NCBI GenBank assembly: GCA_026004395.1
Contig: BPJB01000001.1
Coordinates: 82,630-146,629, forward strand
Direction of reading: 5' to 3'
Length of the DNA: 64,000 nt
DNA from: Patescibacteria group bacterium
GTDB taxonomy: Bacteria > Patescibacteriota > Microgenomatia > Levybacterales > UBA12049
This document shows, piece by piece, positions 1 through 8,867 of this stretch (position 1 is the stretch's first letter; each line of letters opens with the position of its first letter). The notes beneath the pieces were generated by a model. The model was not told the DNA's origin, did not search any database, and saw only the letters and a program-made list of their open reading frames with translations. The position numbers and the translations under genes were made by a program.

Positions 1-540
1 GAAAATGATGCGGCACTTGCTGGATTGGGAGAGGCACATTTTGGTGCGGGAAAATTGAAGAGTATTGTTGCTTATCTGACAATTAGCACTGGTGTGGGAG
101 GAGTAAGAATAGTTGATGGTCTGATTGATCGTAATGACAAAGGATTTGAGCCAGGACATCAGATTATCCATAAAAATGGTGAGCTTTGTCCAGGTTGTGG
201 ACGCAGAGGGCATTTAGAAGGACACATTGGTGGAGCAGCATTAACTAAGCGTTTTGGCAAGCGTCCTGAGAAAATTCATGATCCTAAAGTATGGGATAAT
301 ATTGCGTTTGATTTAGCTGTCGGTCTTAACAATATAATTGTCCATTGGTCTGCGGATATTGTTATACTGGGGGGGTCACTTATGGAGAAGATAAATTTAG
401 AAAAAGTAAAAGAATATTTAGCTGATATACTCCAGATTTATCCTATTATTCCGAAAATCGTGAGATCTGAACTTAATGAGGCAAGTGGTCTCTATGGAGC
501 TCTTGCTTTGTTGAAGTTAGAAAAACTTCTTAAACAATAG
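1..540 (+). CDS. ROK-family sugar kinase (glucokinase-like), 5'-truncated by window edge
   Basis: Frame 1 is open from nt 1. ENDAALAGLGE matches the ROK signature ENDANAAALGE. CPGCGRRGHLE is the ROK zinc-binding motif. Confidence 0.8.
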   Translation, partial: ENDAALAGLGEAHFGAGKLKSIVAYLTISTGVGGVRIVDGLIDRNDKGFEPGHQIIHKNGELCPGCGRRGHLEGHIGGAALTKRFGKRPEKIHDPKVWDNIAFDLAVGLNNIIVHWSADIVILGGSLMEKINLEKVKEYLADILQIYPIIPKIVRSELNEASGLYGALALLKLEKLLKQ

Positions 541-630
541 AAAAGTTTTTCATTAGAGAAAATTTTTTCAGAATAAGAGCTATTTGCTGAATTGAACTCT
601 AAAGATAAATGAGTGTTACAAAGGAGGAAA

Positions 631-693
631 ATGAAAATATTTTTATACTCTTACCTTAGCAGTCTATTGACTTATTTGCTAATTACTGTATAA
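631..693 (+). CDS. possible 20-aa hydrophobic leader peptide (MKIFLYSYLSSLLTYLLITV) upstream of clpB
   Basis: ATG at 631 sits 1 nt after a perfect AAGGAGG Shine-Dalgarno (623-629). The stop TAA (691-693) lies 8 nt before the clpB ATG, which itself has no Shine-Dalgarno. Confidence 0.3.
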   Translation: MKIFLYSYLSSLLTYLLITV

Positions 694-694
694 T
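667..694 (+). promoter_or_regulatory. sigma70-like promoter (TTGACT-16 bp-TATAAT) directly abutting the clpB start codon
   Basis: TTGACT at 667-672 and TATAAT at 689-694 with a 16-nt spacer. The -10 ends 7 nt before the clpB ATG, implying a leaderless or near-leaderless transcript. Confidence 0.4.
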
Positions 695-701
695 TTAAAA
701 A

Positions 702-2852
702 ATGGATGGAGAACAATTGCAGGATTTCCTCAAACCTATTTCTCCTGAGGAAGCCCTCAAGAAATACACAATCAACTTAACTGATAATGCTAAAAAAGGG
801 AAAATTGATCCAGTGATTGGTCGGGAGATCGAGATTCGTCGCGTGATGGAGATTCTTTCGCGAAGAACAAAAAACAATCCTGTACTAATTGGCGATCCCG
901 GTGTCGGAAAAACAGCAATCGTTGAAGGTCTAGCTCAGAAAATTGCAGCAGGAGATGTACCAACAACGCTTAAAGATAAAGTATTACTTGTTTTGGATTT
1001 CGCACAACTTCTTGCAGGTGCAAAATTTCGCGGTGAGTTTGAAGAACGTCTGAAAGCTGTGATTAAAGCAATAGAAGAAGGAGAAGGAAAATATATTATT
1101 TTTATTGATGAATTACATACACTTGTTGGGGGAGGTGCTGCTGAAGGATCAGTTGATGCTGCTAATATTCTTAAACCTTCTCTTGCTCGAGGAACCCTGA
1201 AAATGATTGGCGCTACAACAATAGGTGAATATCGCAAATATATTGAAAAGGATCCAGCTTTGGCCAGGCGCTTCCAGCCAGTTATGGTGGATGAGCCAAC
1301 TATTGAAGACACGATATCTATCTTAAGAGGTATTAAGGAGAAATATGAGCTTCATCATGGTATTCGTATTACAGATAATGCAATTATTGCAGCAGCTAAA
1401 CTTTCTGCTCAGTATATTCCTCAACGCTTTCTTCCAGATAAGGCAATAGATCTTATTGATGAAGCGGCTGCAGCAATCAAAATCGAAACAGAAAGTATGC
1501 CTGCAGAACTTGATGCACTGAAAAGGAAGATCACTCAAATTGAGATAGAGCTTGCGGCTTTAAGAAAAGAAAAAACAGATATAGCCAAAAATAGGCAGCA
1601 GCAGGCGGAGAAAGAACTAATAGAACTAAAAAAGCAAGCTGAACAGATTGAAAAGAGGTGGCAGCAGCAACGTGGACTTATCCAAGATATTCAGGAAATT
1701 CGTGCAAAAATAGATGCTTTGCGTATTGAGCTTGAGCAAGCTGAGAGAGAGGTTGATCTGCAGAAAGCAGCCGAGATAAAGTATGGAAAGATTCCGGAAC
1801 TTGAAAAACAGTTAAATACTCTTATGGATGAATGGAAGAAAATACCAGAGGAAGAGCGTGTACTCAGAGAAGAGGTTGATGAGGATGATATTGCAAAAGT
1901 AGTCTCCAGATGGACAGGAATTCCTGCATCACGCATGCTTGCCAGTGAGGCTGAGAGATTAATGAATTTAGAGGATGAATTAGGAAAATTTGTTGTAGGT
2001 CAAGAGGATGCAGTGAGAGTTATTGCTCGCGCAATTCGGCGTTCACGATCTGGTCTAGGAGAGAAGACACGTCCAATAGGATCATTTCTCTTTCTTGGTC
2101 CAACAGGAGTTGGTAAGACTGAGACGGCAAAAGCTCTAGCAACAATTCTTTTTAATGATCCTCACGCAATGATTCGTATCGATATGAGTGAATACCAGGA
2201 AGCACATAGTGTTGCCCGTCTTATTGGTGCTCCACCTGGTTATGTAGGATATGAGGAAGGAGGACAATTAACGGAAGCTGTTCGACGTCGCCCCTACTCT
2301 GTTGTTTTATTTGATGAAATTGAAAAAGCTCATTCTCAAGTTTTTAATGTCTTCCTTCAGATATTTGATGAGGGAAGATTAACTGATAGCAAAGGAGTAA
2401 CTGTTGACTTTAAAAATACAATCATAATTATGACGAGTAACTTGGCAGGTGATATTATTAGAGATGCAGCGGGGAAAAATAATGCTGAGACACGTGAGAA
2501 AGTTTGGCAAGTTTTGCATCAGTATTTTAAGCCGGAATTTCTCAATAGACTTGATTCTGTAGTCATCTTTAATCCTTTATCGGCAAAAGATGTGTTGCAA
2601 ATTGCCCGTCTGCAACTGGAGCGAGTCAAAGTAAGGCTTAGTGAAAATGGTATTAATTTAGTAATAACTGATGATCTAATTTCCTACTTTGCTGAAGAAG
2701 GATTTGATCCTGTTTTTGGGGCTCGTCCATTAAGACGCATAATAGAAGAACGATTAGTTGATGAGATTGCTTTAAGAATAATTGAAGGATCGATCAAACC
2801 AGGAGATACTGTCACTCCCGTTGTCAAAAATGGAAACGTTGTTATAGATTAA
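702..2852 (+). CDS. clpB: ClpB disaggregase (AAA+), natively lacking the N-terminal domain (ClpB80-like)
   Basis: Aligns residue-by-residue with E. coli ClpB from the NBD1 linker onward ([18 protein letters not shown], two Walker A GVGKT, coiled-coil M-domain). 716 aa instead of ~857. Confidence 0.9.
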   Translation: MDGEQLQDFLKPISPEEALKKYTINLTDNAKKGKIDPVIGREIEIRRVMEILSRRTKNNPVLIGDPGVGKTAIVEGLAQKIAAGDVPTTLKDKVLLVLDFAQLLAGAKFRGEFEERLKAVIKAIEEGEGKYIIFIDELHTLVGGGAAEGSVDAANILKPSLARGTLKMIGATTIGEYRKYIEKDPALARRFQPVMVDEPTIEDTISILRGIKEKYELHHGIRITDNAIIAAAKLSAQYIPQRFLPDKAIDLIDEAAAAIKIETESMPAELDALKRKITQIEIELAALRKEKTDIAKNRQQQAEKELIELKKQAEQIEKRWQQQRGLIQDIQEIRAKIDALRIELEQAEREVDLQKAAEIKYGKIPELEKQLNTLMDEWKKIPEEERVLREEVDEDDIAKVVSRWTGIPASRMLASEAERLMNLEDELGKFVVGQEDAVRVIARAIRRSRSGLGEKTRPIGSFLFLGPTGVGKTETAKALATILFNDPHAMIRIDMSEYQEAHSVARLIGAPPGYVGYEEGGQLTEAVRRRPYSVVLFDEIEKAHSQVFNVFLQIFDEGRLTDSKGVTVDFKNTIIIMTSNLAGDIIRDAAGKNNAETREKVWQVLHQYFKPEFLNRLDSVVIFNPLSAKDVLQIARLQLERVKVRLSENGINLVITDDLISYFAEEGFDPVFGARPLRRIIEERLVDEIALRIIEGSIKPGDTVTPVVKNGNVVID

Positions 2853-2856
2853 CTTC

Positions 2857-3498
2857 ATGGTAGCTGAACAAGAAGTCTGTAGATACTGCCAAATTCCACT
2901 AACTATACGTCAAACGCAACGTAAAGCTTCTCAGTTGACTAAACCATACTATTACACGGCGTATTTTTTTTGTCCATCGTGTCAGAGGATCTATCACAAT
3001 GATCAATTTAAGGTAATTAATAAAACAATGGATCTTTCTACACAGAAGAACCGAGAAAATAAATTATATGATGTTGAAATATGGACTGATGGAGCAAGCT
3101 TTAATAATGGACGGGAGAATGCTCAAGCTGCTTGGGCATTTGTCGCGTTGATACCTCACCAATCATCAAATAAAATTCTTCATGAAGAGTCTGGATTAGT
3201 TGAAGGAAAACAAACCAACAATCGAGGAGAAGCCTTCGCAATTTTTCATGCTCTCAAGTGGGCTGGGGAAAAAGGATATAAAAAAATCCGTATTCACACT
3301 GATAGTCAGATTACTCTTTATAATCTCGCAAAACATCCATTAAAAATAAAAGAAAATAGGGATATTTTTGAACAAATTTACAATGTTTTAAATAAGTATC
3401 AATTAGATGTTGATTATGTAAAAGTAGCTGGGCACTCTGGAGATACATACAACGAAAGAGCTGACAGACTTGCCAAGTCACGTATATTACAAACTTGA
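2857..3498 (+). CDS. rnhA: Ribonuclease HI with N-terminal CxxC...CPxC zinc-ribbon
   Basis: RNase H catalytic residues in the E. coli order (TDGA, NNRGE, HTDSQ, GHSG, NERAD). N-terminal ~50 aa has CRYC and CPSC pairs. Confidence 0.8.
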   Translation: MVAEQEVCRYCQIPLTIRQTQRKASQLTKPYYYTAYFFCPSCQRIYHNDQFKVINKTMDLSTQKNRENKLYDVEIWTDGASFNNGRENAQAAWAFVALIPHQSSNKILHEESGLVEGKQTNNRGEAFAIFHALKWAGEKGYKKIRIHTDSQITLYNLAKHPLKIKENRDIFEQIYNVLNKYQLDVDYVKVAGHSGDTYNERADRLAKSRILQT

Positions 3499-3532
3499 CA
3501 ACATCTCCCTTATACAGAGTATACTCATCAAC

Positions 3533-4735
3533 ATGAGGTTTAGTGAAAAAGAAAGGTTTTCACGACGAGCTTTTTTAGGAGGATTTTTGGGAGTAACACT
3601 AGGAGGAGAAATAACAAGAAGAATACAGCAAGGAGAATTTCCTTTTACCAAACATTATAAAGCATATGATTCTTATTGGCAGTTTCTTAAAGAAGGTGGA
3701 TTTCACTCAATAAGTACAGAACGAATTAAAAGCCTCTGTGGAATACCTCAAAAAAAAGAGTTGTCTTTCTTAAAAAGAGACTTATTGAAAGAAGAAGGAA
3801 ATGTTGAGTTTATATTTCATCAGGTTAAAGACAGCGATGTTATCGTTGATATTAGAGGTGTAGAAGATCCAACAATTTCTTTGTCTCTTGTTGAGATAGA
3901 ATTTGAAGATTTACTTTATCAGGTACCAATTCTTCAGACGGAGAACTATTGTACTAGATCAATTTTACTGCGGAATGTAAAAAAAGGAGAGAATATTTTT
4001 CGTTTGAGAGCTACGCCATTTACAAGAAGTCCAATTGAAAGTATTGGAGTTAATCTCTATAAATTGGAGGGAAGTCCACTCTTTCAGTCCATCCTTTCAA
4101 CAACACCTCAAATCGGAATGCGTGCTGATAATGAAGAATGGTATGGTAAAAGTGAGAACGAACAGGATATCAATAATAATCCACTCAATGATGTTCCTTT
4201 TTACGGAAGTGTTGCACTTAAGGAAAATAGCAATGGCGAGCTTCTTATTGAACACTGGACAGGATATTCAGCAGAAGATGGAGGTAGTTCTATCTATAAA
4301 CGTAAGAGACAGTATAACCGTTTATGGGATTATGAAGTGAGTTTCCTGGCAGTTGTCAATACCAGTGGTGATGTGTTGCGTACAGCTTACCAGGGAAGAA
4401 CACAGCGTGCACATCAAATTATAGATTTTGAAATATTTGATTCACCGATTGAGCGTACAGAGATCAATACCAGACTACAATCAATTGGAGATCATGGTAT
4501 GCTTTCTCCAGAGAATATATCATCAAGAGTTTTTTCTCTTGTCCCAGAGATACCATGGTTAAGAGATCCTAAGTATTTTGTTGAGACAGAACGTTCTCGT
4601 CGAATAATTGCCGCTAGAGAATATTGGGACGAACTACATAGAAATATCAGAGATTATGGTTTTCGTATAGGAGACGATTATACTCTTGAATTTTTAGCAG
4701 AGACATTGGATGAGTTAAATGATCCACGTTACTAA
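3533..4735 (+). CDS. hypothetical protein with twin-arginine-like N-terminus (FSRRAFLGGFLGVTLGG)
   Basis: Long ORF. The track start at 3470 is a TTG; first ATG at 3533. SRRxFL plus a hydrophobic stretch resembles the Tat consensus. No recognisable catalytic motifs. Confidence 0.5.
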   Translation: MRFSEKERFSRRAFLGGFLGVTLGGEITRRIQQGEFPFTKHYKAYDSYWQFLKEGGFHSISTERIKSLCGIPQKKELSFLKRDLLKEEGNVEFIFHQVKDSDVIVDIRGVEDPTISLSLVEIEFEDLLYQVPILQTENYCTRSILLRNVKKGENIFRLRATPFTRSPIESIGVNLYKLEGSPLFQSILSTTPQIGMRADNEEWYGKSENEQDINNNPLNDVPFYGSVALKENSNGELLIEHWTGYSAEDGGSSIYKRKRQYNRLWDYEVSFLAVVNTSGDVLRTAYQGRTQRAHQIIDFEIFDSPIERTEINTRLQSIGDHGMLSPENISSRVFSLVPEIPWLRDPKYFVETERSRRIIAAREYWDELHRNIRDYGFRIGDDYTLEFLAETLDELNDPRY

Positions 4736-4844
4736 GAGGGTTAAATTTGGTGAGTAAAGATAATTTTTATATAACTTATGATAAATCTGTAATCTAGAAC
4801 GATTGACAAAGAAAGGAATTTTTACTATCTTAAGGATTGATTAT

Positions 4845-5333
4845 ATGATTAATATAATATTGAAAATTTTAGCGTTCTTTTGGCCGTTAAGACCTGTATT
4901 TGCTCATTGTGATATTCCCTGTGGTATTTATGATCCTCATACAGCACAACTTGCAGCTCATACTGTACTGCGTATGACTCAACTAATTATGACATCGAAA
5001 GTGAATAATACGCAACAGTCAATACATGATATTTCTCGGTTTACAAAAGTAAAAGAAGAACACGCAGAACTTGTGAAACACGAAATTAGAGTGCTGTGGG
5101 GAGATTATTTTAAAGAGGAGCATCTTAAAGAATATCCTCATCTTCATGATTTAGTCTTTAAAACTCTCAAACTGGCATCAAAAGCAAGACAAGAAATAAA
5201 CGAAGATGTCGCCAAAGATCTTCTTTTACATGTTCAACAAATTGCAGAAATATTCTATAAAACAAAAGGTCTTAAACCTTATCGAGTCGCATCCTATTAT
5301 CCCACTGGACTTGAGATAGTGCAATATAAATAA
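4845..5333 (+). CDS. sodN: Nickel superoxide dismutase precursor (NiSOD)
   Basis: HCDIPCGIYDP after a 20-aa leader matches the NiSOD Ni-hook HCDLPCGVYDP. AAGGA Shine-Dalgarno 8 nt upstream of ATG 4845 (the track start at 4803 is a TTG). Confidence 0.8.
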   Translation: MINIILKILAFFWPLRPVFAHCDIPCGIYDPHTAQLAAHTVLRMTQLIMTSKVNNTQQSIHDISRFTKVKEEHAELVKHEIRVLWGDYFKEEHLKEYPHLHDLVFKTLKLASKARQEINEDVAKDLLLHVQQIAEIFYKTKGLKPYRVASYYPTGLEIVQYK

Positions 5334-5626
5334 TGCTCTTTTTTGCACTTTTTAAAGTATATGGTCATAGCATGATGCCAACAATTTCTCCTGGTCAGAG
5401 AGTTGCGGTAAGTGGTATTCCCTATCTTTTTAGCAAACCGAAGAAAGGAGATATTGTCCTTATAAAAGATCTTCAAAGTAATGCCTACTTTATCAAACGT
5501 ATAGCATATATACATGCTAATACATATACTGTCCTTGGAGACAATCCTTATGATAGTAAAGACAGCAGACAATTTGGGAGAATCCATTATTCTGCAATTG
5601 TGGGAAAAGTACTATTTTATTTTTAA
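5333..5626 (+). CDS. sodX: NiSOD maturation peptidase, minimal S26 signal-peptidase-like (SodX)
   Basis: S26 motifs: GHSMMPTI (catalytic Ser), IKRIAY (Lys), GDNPYDSKDSR. 97 aa with no TM segment. ATG overlaps the sodN stop (TAATG). Confidence 0.75.
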   Translation: MLFFALFKVYGHSMMPTISPGQRVAVSGIPYLFSKPKKGDIVLIKDLQSNAYFIKRIAYIHANTYTVLGDNPYDSKDSRQFGRIHYSAIVGKVLFYF

Positions 5627-5644
5627 TTTATTTATACTTACATT

Positions 5645-6190
5645 ATGGAATTATTTCTTTTAGGAGTAATAATAATTCTTCTTCTCTTTCTTCTTTCCAT
5701 GATATGGCCGCCTGATAGTCCCTGGTCTCCATGGTGGAGAACAAACAAAGTAACAGCTAAAAAAATTTGTAAACTTGCTAAGGTATCCTCAAACGATATG
5801 ATATATGATCTAGGCTGTGGAGACGGAACTGCACTCATAACCGCTGCTAAAATCAGTAATGCTTGTGGAATTGGTATTGAGATTGATCCTTTACGTGTAC
5901 TGATTGCAAAAATCAGAACTTTCATTCATGGTGTCTCACATAAGATCACGGTAGAAAGGGGAGATTTTTTTAAAGTAGATATTTCTCAAGCAACTGTTGT
6001 TTTTGTTTATTTAATTCCCAAAACATTGAAACGCCTAGAGAAAAAATTTCTTGCAGAGTTAAAGCCTGGAACTAAAATAGTAAGCTACGTATATCCTATT
6101 GATTATCTTCCTCTTTTGACCTATGACGTAGAGCATCAAATATACGTTTATGAGATTCCACATCAGTCAATTAACAGCGGAAAAGGTTAA
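5645..6190 (+). CDS. membrane-anchored class I SAM-dependent methyltransferase
   Basis: N-terminal TM helix, then DLGCGDG motif I, a GIEID acidic loop and a Rossmann-like pattern. Confidence 0.7.
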   Translation: MELFLLGVIIILLLFLLSMIWPPDSPWSPWWRTNKVTAKKICKLAKVSSNDMIYDLGCGDGTALITAAKISNACGIGIEIDPLRVLIAKIRTFIHGVSHKITVERGDFFKVDISQATVVFVYLIPKTLKRLEKKFLAELKPGTKIVSYVYPIDYLPLLTYDVEHQIYVYEIPHQSINSGKG

Positions 6191-7550
6191 TTCTATTTGT
6201 AAATCCTTCTGCTTTGAAGGGATAACTTGCAATAAGCGAACAATGTTGCTCAAGAAGTTGTTTATCAACAATCTCTGTCAACACATCTTCACGTATTGAA
6301 AATTCGGGATAGAATGCTCCTTGTGTCACAATTATCGAGTGTTGAGAAATAGCATCCTTGGTAAGTTGTGTTGCATTAAGAAAACCTTTACGAAAAATAT
6401 TATCATTTGTGTCTACAATATTATTAAGAAGCGGTGTATTTGAAAGATAAGCTAGTGCGGGTGTAACACTATTCACGCCATATACTGTTTTTGGTCTTTC
6501 TTGTTTGATATGGGACACAATTGTATCAATAGATTTCAGAGATTGCAGATCTGCAAATTTGGTAAGATAACTAAATAAATTATAGAAAATAAAGAAAAGC
6601 AATATTGTTGGAATAAACATTTTCTGAAGATGGAGTGTCTTATTAAGATATAAATAAAAAAAACTAAAAGATAATGCTAGAAAAGGGGTAACTTCGTTAA
6701 GATAAAGATAATAGGTGTCTTTATATATTAAGAAAAATAGAGTGCTGAAAAGCGATACAAGACCGAAAAACAGATTTTTTTTGATAGTCAAGATATTGAA
6801 GAGTAGCAGAATAACAAATGGAAAATCATGCGTTAAAAAAAACCAGATAATTTCTTTTTTGGGAATTCCTTGTGATCGAGTAAGCGAATATATAAAAACA
6901 TCTCTTATAAATTCATCCCTGGCAAAAATAAGCGATGGGATAAGTGTTAAGAGAGTACTCAACAGTAATCCATATAAAAATACAGCTAATTTGCTTATTT
7001 TTTTAAAAAGTAAGAATACAATATAGGCAAGAACTATTGGTAAAAAATATGCTTTAGTCATCAGAGAGAGACCCATCCAAAATCCTGTAAAGAAGAGCTG
7101 TTTTTTTTGAAAGAAGAAATAACTTATAACAGCAAAAAGTGATGCTAAGAATACTCCAGTCTGATGGTCAGATGTTGCGAGAATAATAAATGAGAATAAA
7201 TACAAAGCCACAACACTTATTCCCAAAAAAACATTCTTTGTTTGGTTTATAACAATAAAAAACATCACAATACTAATAAAAATAATTTCGATACTAGCTG
7301 TCAGATAATAAAATGAAAGATTTCCTTGTAATAAAAAGTAATAGAGAGCAGCTACATAAGGAAGCAAGGGAAAGTTGGTAAAGAAGACATCTTTATAAAG
7401 AATTTTTCCTTCTAAAAGAAGTTTCCCTGTGTAAAAATAGATATTGGTGTCGGATGCACGTATACTATTAGTTGAAAGTTTTAAAAGAAAAAAAGTAACA
7501 CATAAAATTAAGAGAATTAACAATGGTTTTTTAATATGCATAACTTTCAT
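6171..7550 (-). CDS. polytopic membrane protein, probable GT-C-type glycosyltransferase with C-terminal extracytoplasmic domain
   Basis: About 10 predicted TM helices, then a ~110 aa soluble C-terminus. Architecture typical of GT-C (ArnT/PMT-like) enzymes. No decisive motif. Confidence 0.4.
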   Translation of the reverse strand: MKVMHIKKPLLILLILCVTFFLLKLSTNSIRASDTNIYFYTGKLLLEGKILYKDVFFTNFPLLPYVAALYYFLLQGNLSFYYLTASIEIIFISIVMFFIVINQTKNVFLGISVVALYLFSFIILATSDHQTGVFLASLFAVISYFFFQKKQLFFTGFWMGLSLMTKAYFLPIVLAYIVFLLFKKISKLAVFLYGLLLSTLLTLIPSLIFARDEFIRDVFIYSLTRSQGIPKKEIIWFFLTHDFPFVILLLFNILTIKKNLFFGLVSLFSTLFFLIYKDTYYLYLNEVTPFLALSFSFFYLYLNKTLHLQKMFIPTILLFFIFYNLFSYLTKFADLQSLKSIDTIVSHIKQERPKTVYGVNSVTPALAYLSNTPLLNNIVDTNDNIFRKGFLNATQLTKDAISQHSIIVTQGAFYPEFSIREDVLTEIVDKQLLEQHCSLIASYPFKAEGFTNRINLFRC

Positions 7551-7815
7551 ATTTTTGATTTATTTTTTTATTGATTTTTTAGCTAATAATCTCAATATCC
7601 TCATTAATAAAATTTAGTGAGCTCTGCATAGAATATCTAGTTTTGTGATTTTGAGTATCGTTTTTTTAAAAAAATATTCTTAGAAAGAATCTTTCTAGTT
7701 AAAAATAATAGTATCAAAATAAATAGAATGCCAAGTATTACTTTTTAAAAATTTGCATCGCTTATTAAAAAGAACTAATGACAAAAAAATAATTAATATT
7801 TTAAGTGTAAAAATG

Positions 7816-8838
7816 TTATTTGATTGCTTTCAGTAAGATCCAGCGAGCTTTATTCGCTAAGAGATATGTTCTATACAATAAAGGATTAAGAACTAAATCA
7901 AAACTTCCTACAAACTCAATATGTTGTGGTCTATACCCTTGTTTGAAACGGTGAAAGCCATACCAATTATCATGAGGATCAGGATCTAAGCCAAGTGCTC
8001 CCCACAGATCAAAGTATCGCAAGCCCAACCTTTTGCCAAATTTGATTGCTTCCCACATTATAAGATTTGATGCCATTGTCTCCCGATGTTCACTGCTTGA
8101 TGCCCCATATGGATAGTACAAAGTATCATGGAAAACAAAGAGAATCCACGCAGCCAATGTTTTATTATTATAATTTGCGAGCAAAAGGTGCGATGTTAAT
8201 TCATTAAAGGGTGCTTTAGCGTTATGGGGAAGTATTTCCCATTGTGTTTTATGAAACTCATGCGAGTGCGCATAAAATTTTTGTCTTTTTGTAGTCTCAT
8301 CAAGTAAAGTAAGATAAGTTGCAAATGCTTCAGGTGTGTTTTTTTCAACAACATTAACATGATGTTTTTGTGCAACTTTAATGTTATAGCGCGTTTTGGG
8401 ATGAAAACTTTTGAGGAGTTCTTCTTCCGTACGATTAAGATCAAGAACAAAAGTGAATTTGGTAAAAAGAGGATGCGCTGAAGGCTGTAGATTAAGATTT
8501 TTTATTGTTTGTATGGCATGAGGAGTGGTGATAACATTGGGCTCAATTTGTATTGAAATACAGCGATTTTCTTTTCCAACTCTCTTTAGATAAGATATTA
8601 GTTGATGATCTGGAAGCTTTCCTTTAGGTAGATAACCAATCTTCCATGGTGTTTTGGGAATAGGATGGAGAGTGAGAGTAAATCCGTCAACAATTTTTCC
8701 ATTTTTAATCAATCCGCGACGAATTACTTGTACTCCTGTTCTTTCTCGGAACTCCCCCCATTCAAATGACTGTAGAGGATGGCTGACAATGCGATTGTAA
8801 GCTTTTCTTTGTGATGCAGAAATAGGTTCAAACCCCAT
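7816..8838 (-). CDS. FemAB-family peptidoglycan bridge peptidyltransferase (FemX-like)
   Basis: About 340 aa, GNAT-like duplicated fold with C-terminal RYFDLWG and YYPYGASS segments typical of the FemABX family. Confidence 0.7.
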   Translation of the reverse strand: MGFEPISASQRKAYNRIVSHPLQSFEWGEFRERTGVQVIRRGLIKNGKIVDGFTLTLHPIPKTPWKIGYLPKGKLPDHQLISYLKRVGKENRCISIQIEPNVITTPHAIQTIKNLNLQPSAHPLFTKFTFVLDLNRTEEELLKSFHPKTRYNIKVAQKHHVNVVEKNTPEAFATYLTLLDETTKRQKFYAHSHEFHKTQWEILPHNAKAPFNELTSHLLLANYNNKTLAAWILFVFHDTLYYPYGASSSEHRETMASNLIMWEAIKFGKRLGLRYFDLWGALGLDPDPHDNWYGFHRFKQGYRPQHIEFVGSFDLVLNPLLYRTYLLANKARWILLKAIK

Positions 8839-8867
8839 GTAGGTATTGTATCAAAAATAGGTAAATC

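Noticed and set aside
4035-4340. Internal 101-aa ORF in another frame of the 3533-4735 gene, and similar nested ORFs (6715-7026, 8196-8450, 11846-12221, 15935-16267)
   Set aside because: Nested within longer ORFs with better coding character. No Shine-Dalgarno and no homology.
4803-4844. TTG-initiated N-terminal extension of the NiSOD precursor (MTKKGIFTILRIDY)
   Set aside because: ATG at 4845 is preceded by an AAGGA Shine-Dalgarno at the correct spacing. Known NiSOD propeptides are short. The extension start is a TTG with no Shine-Dalgarno.
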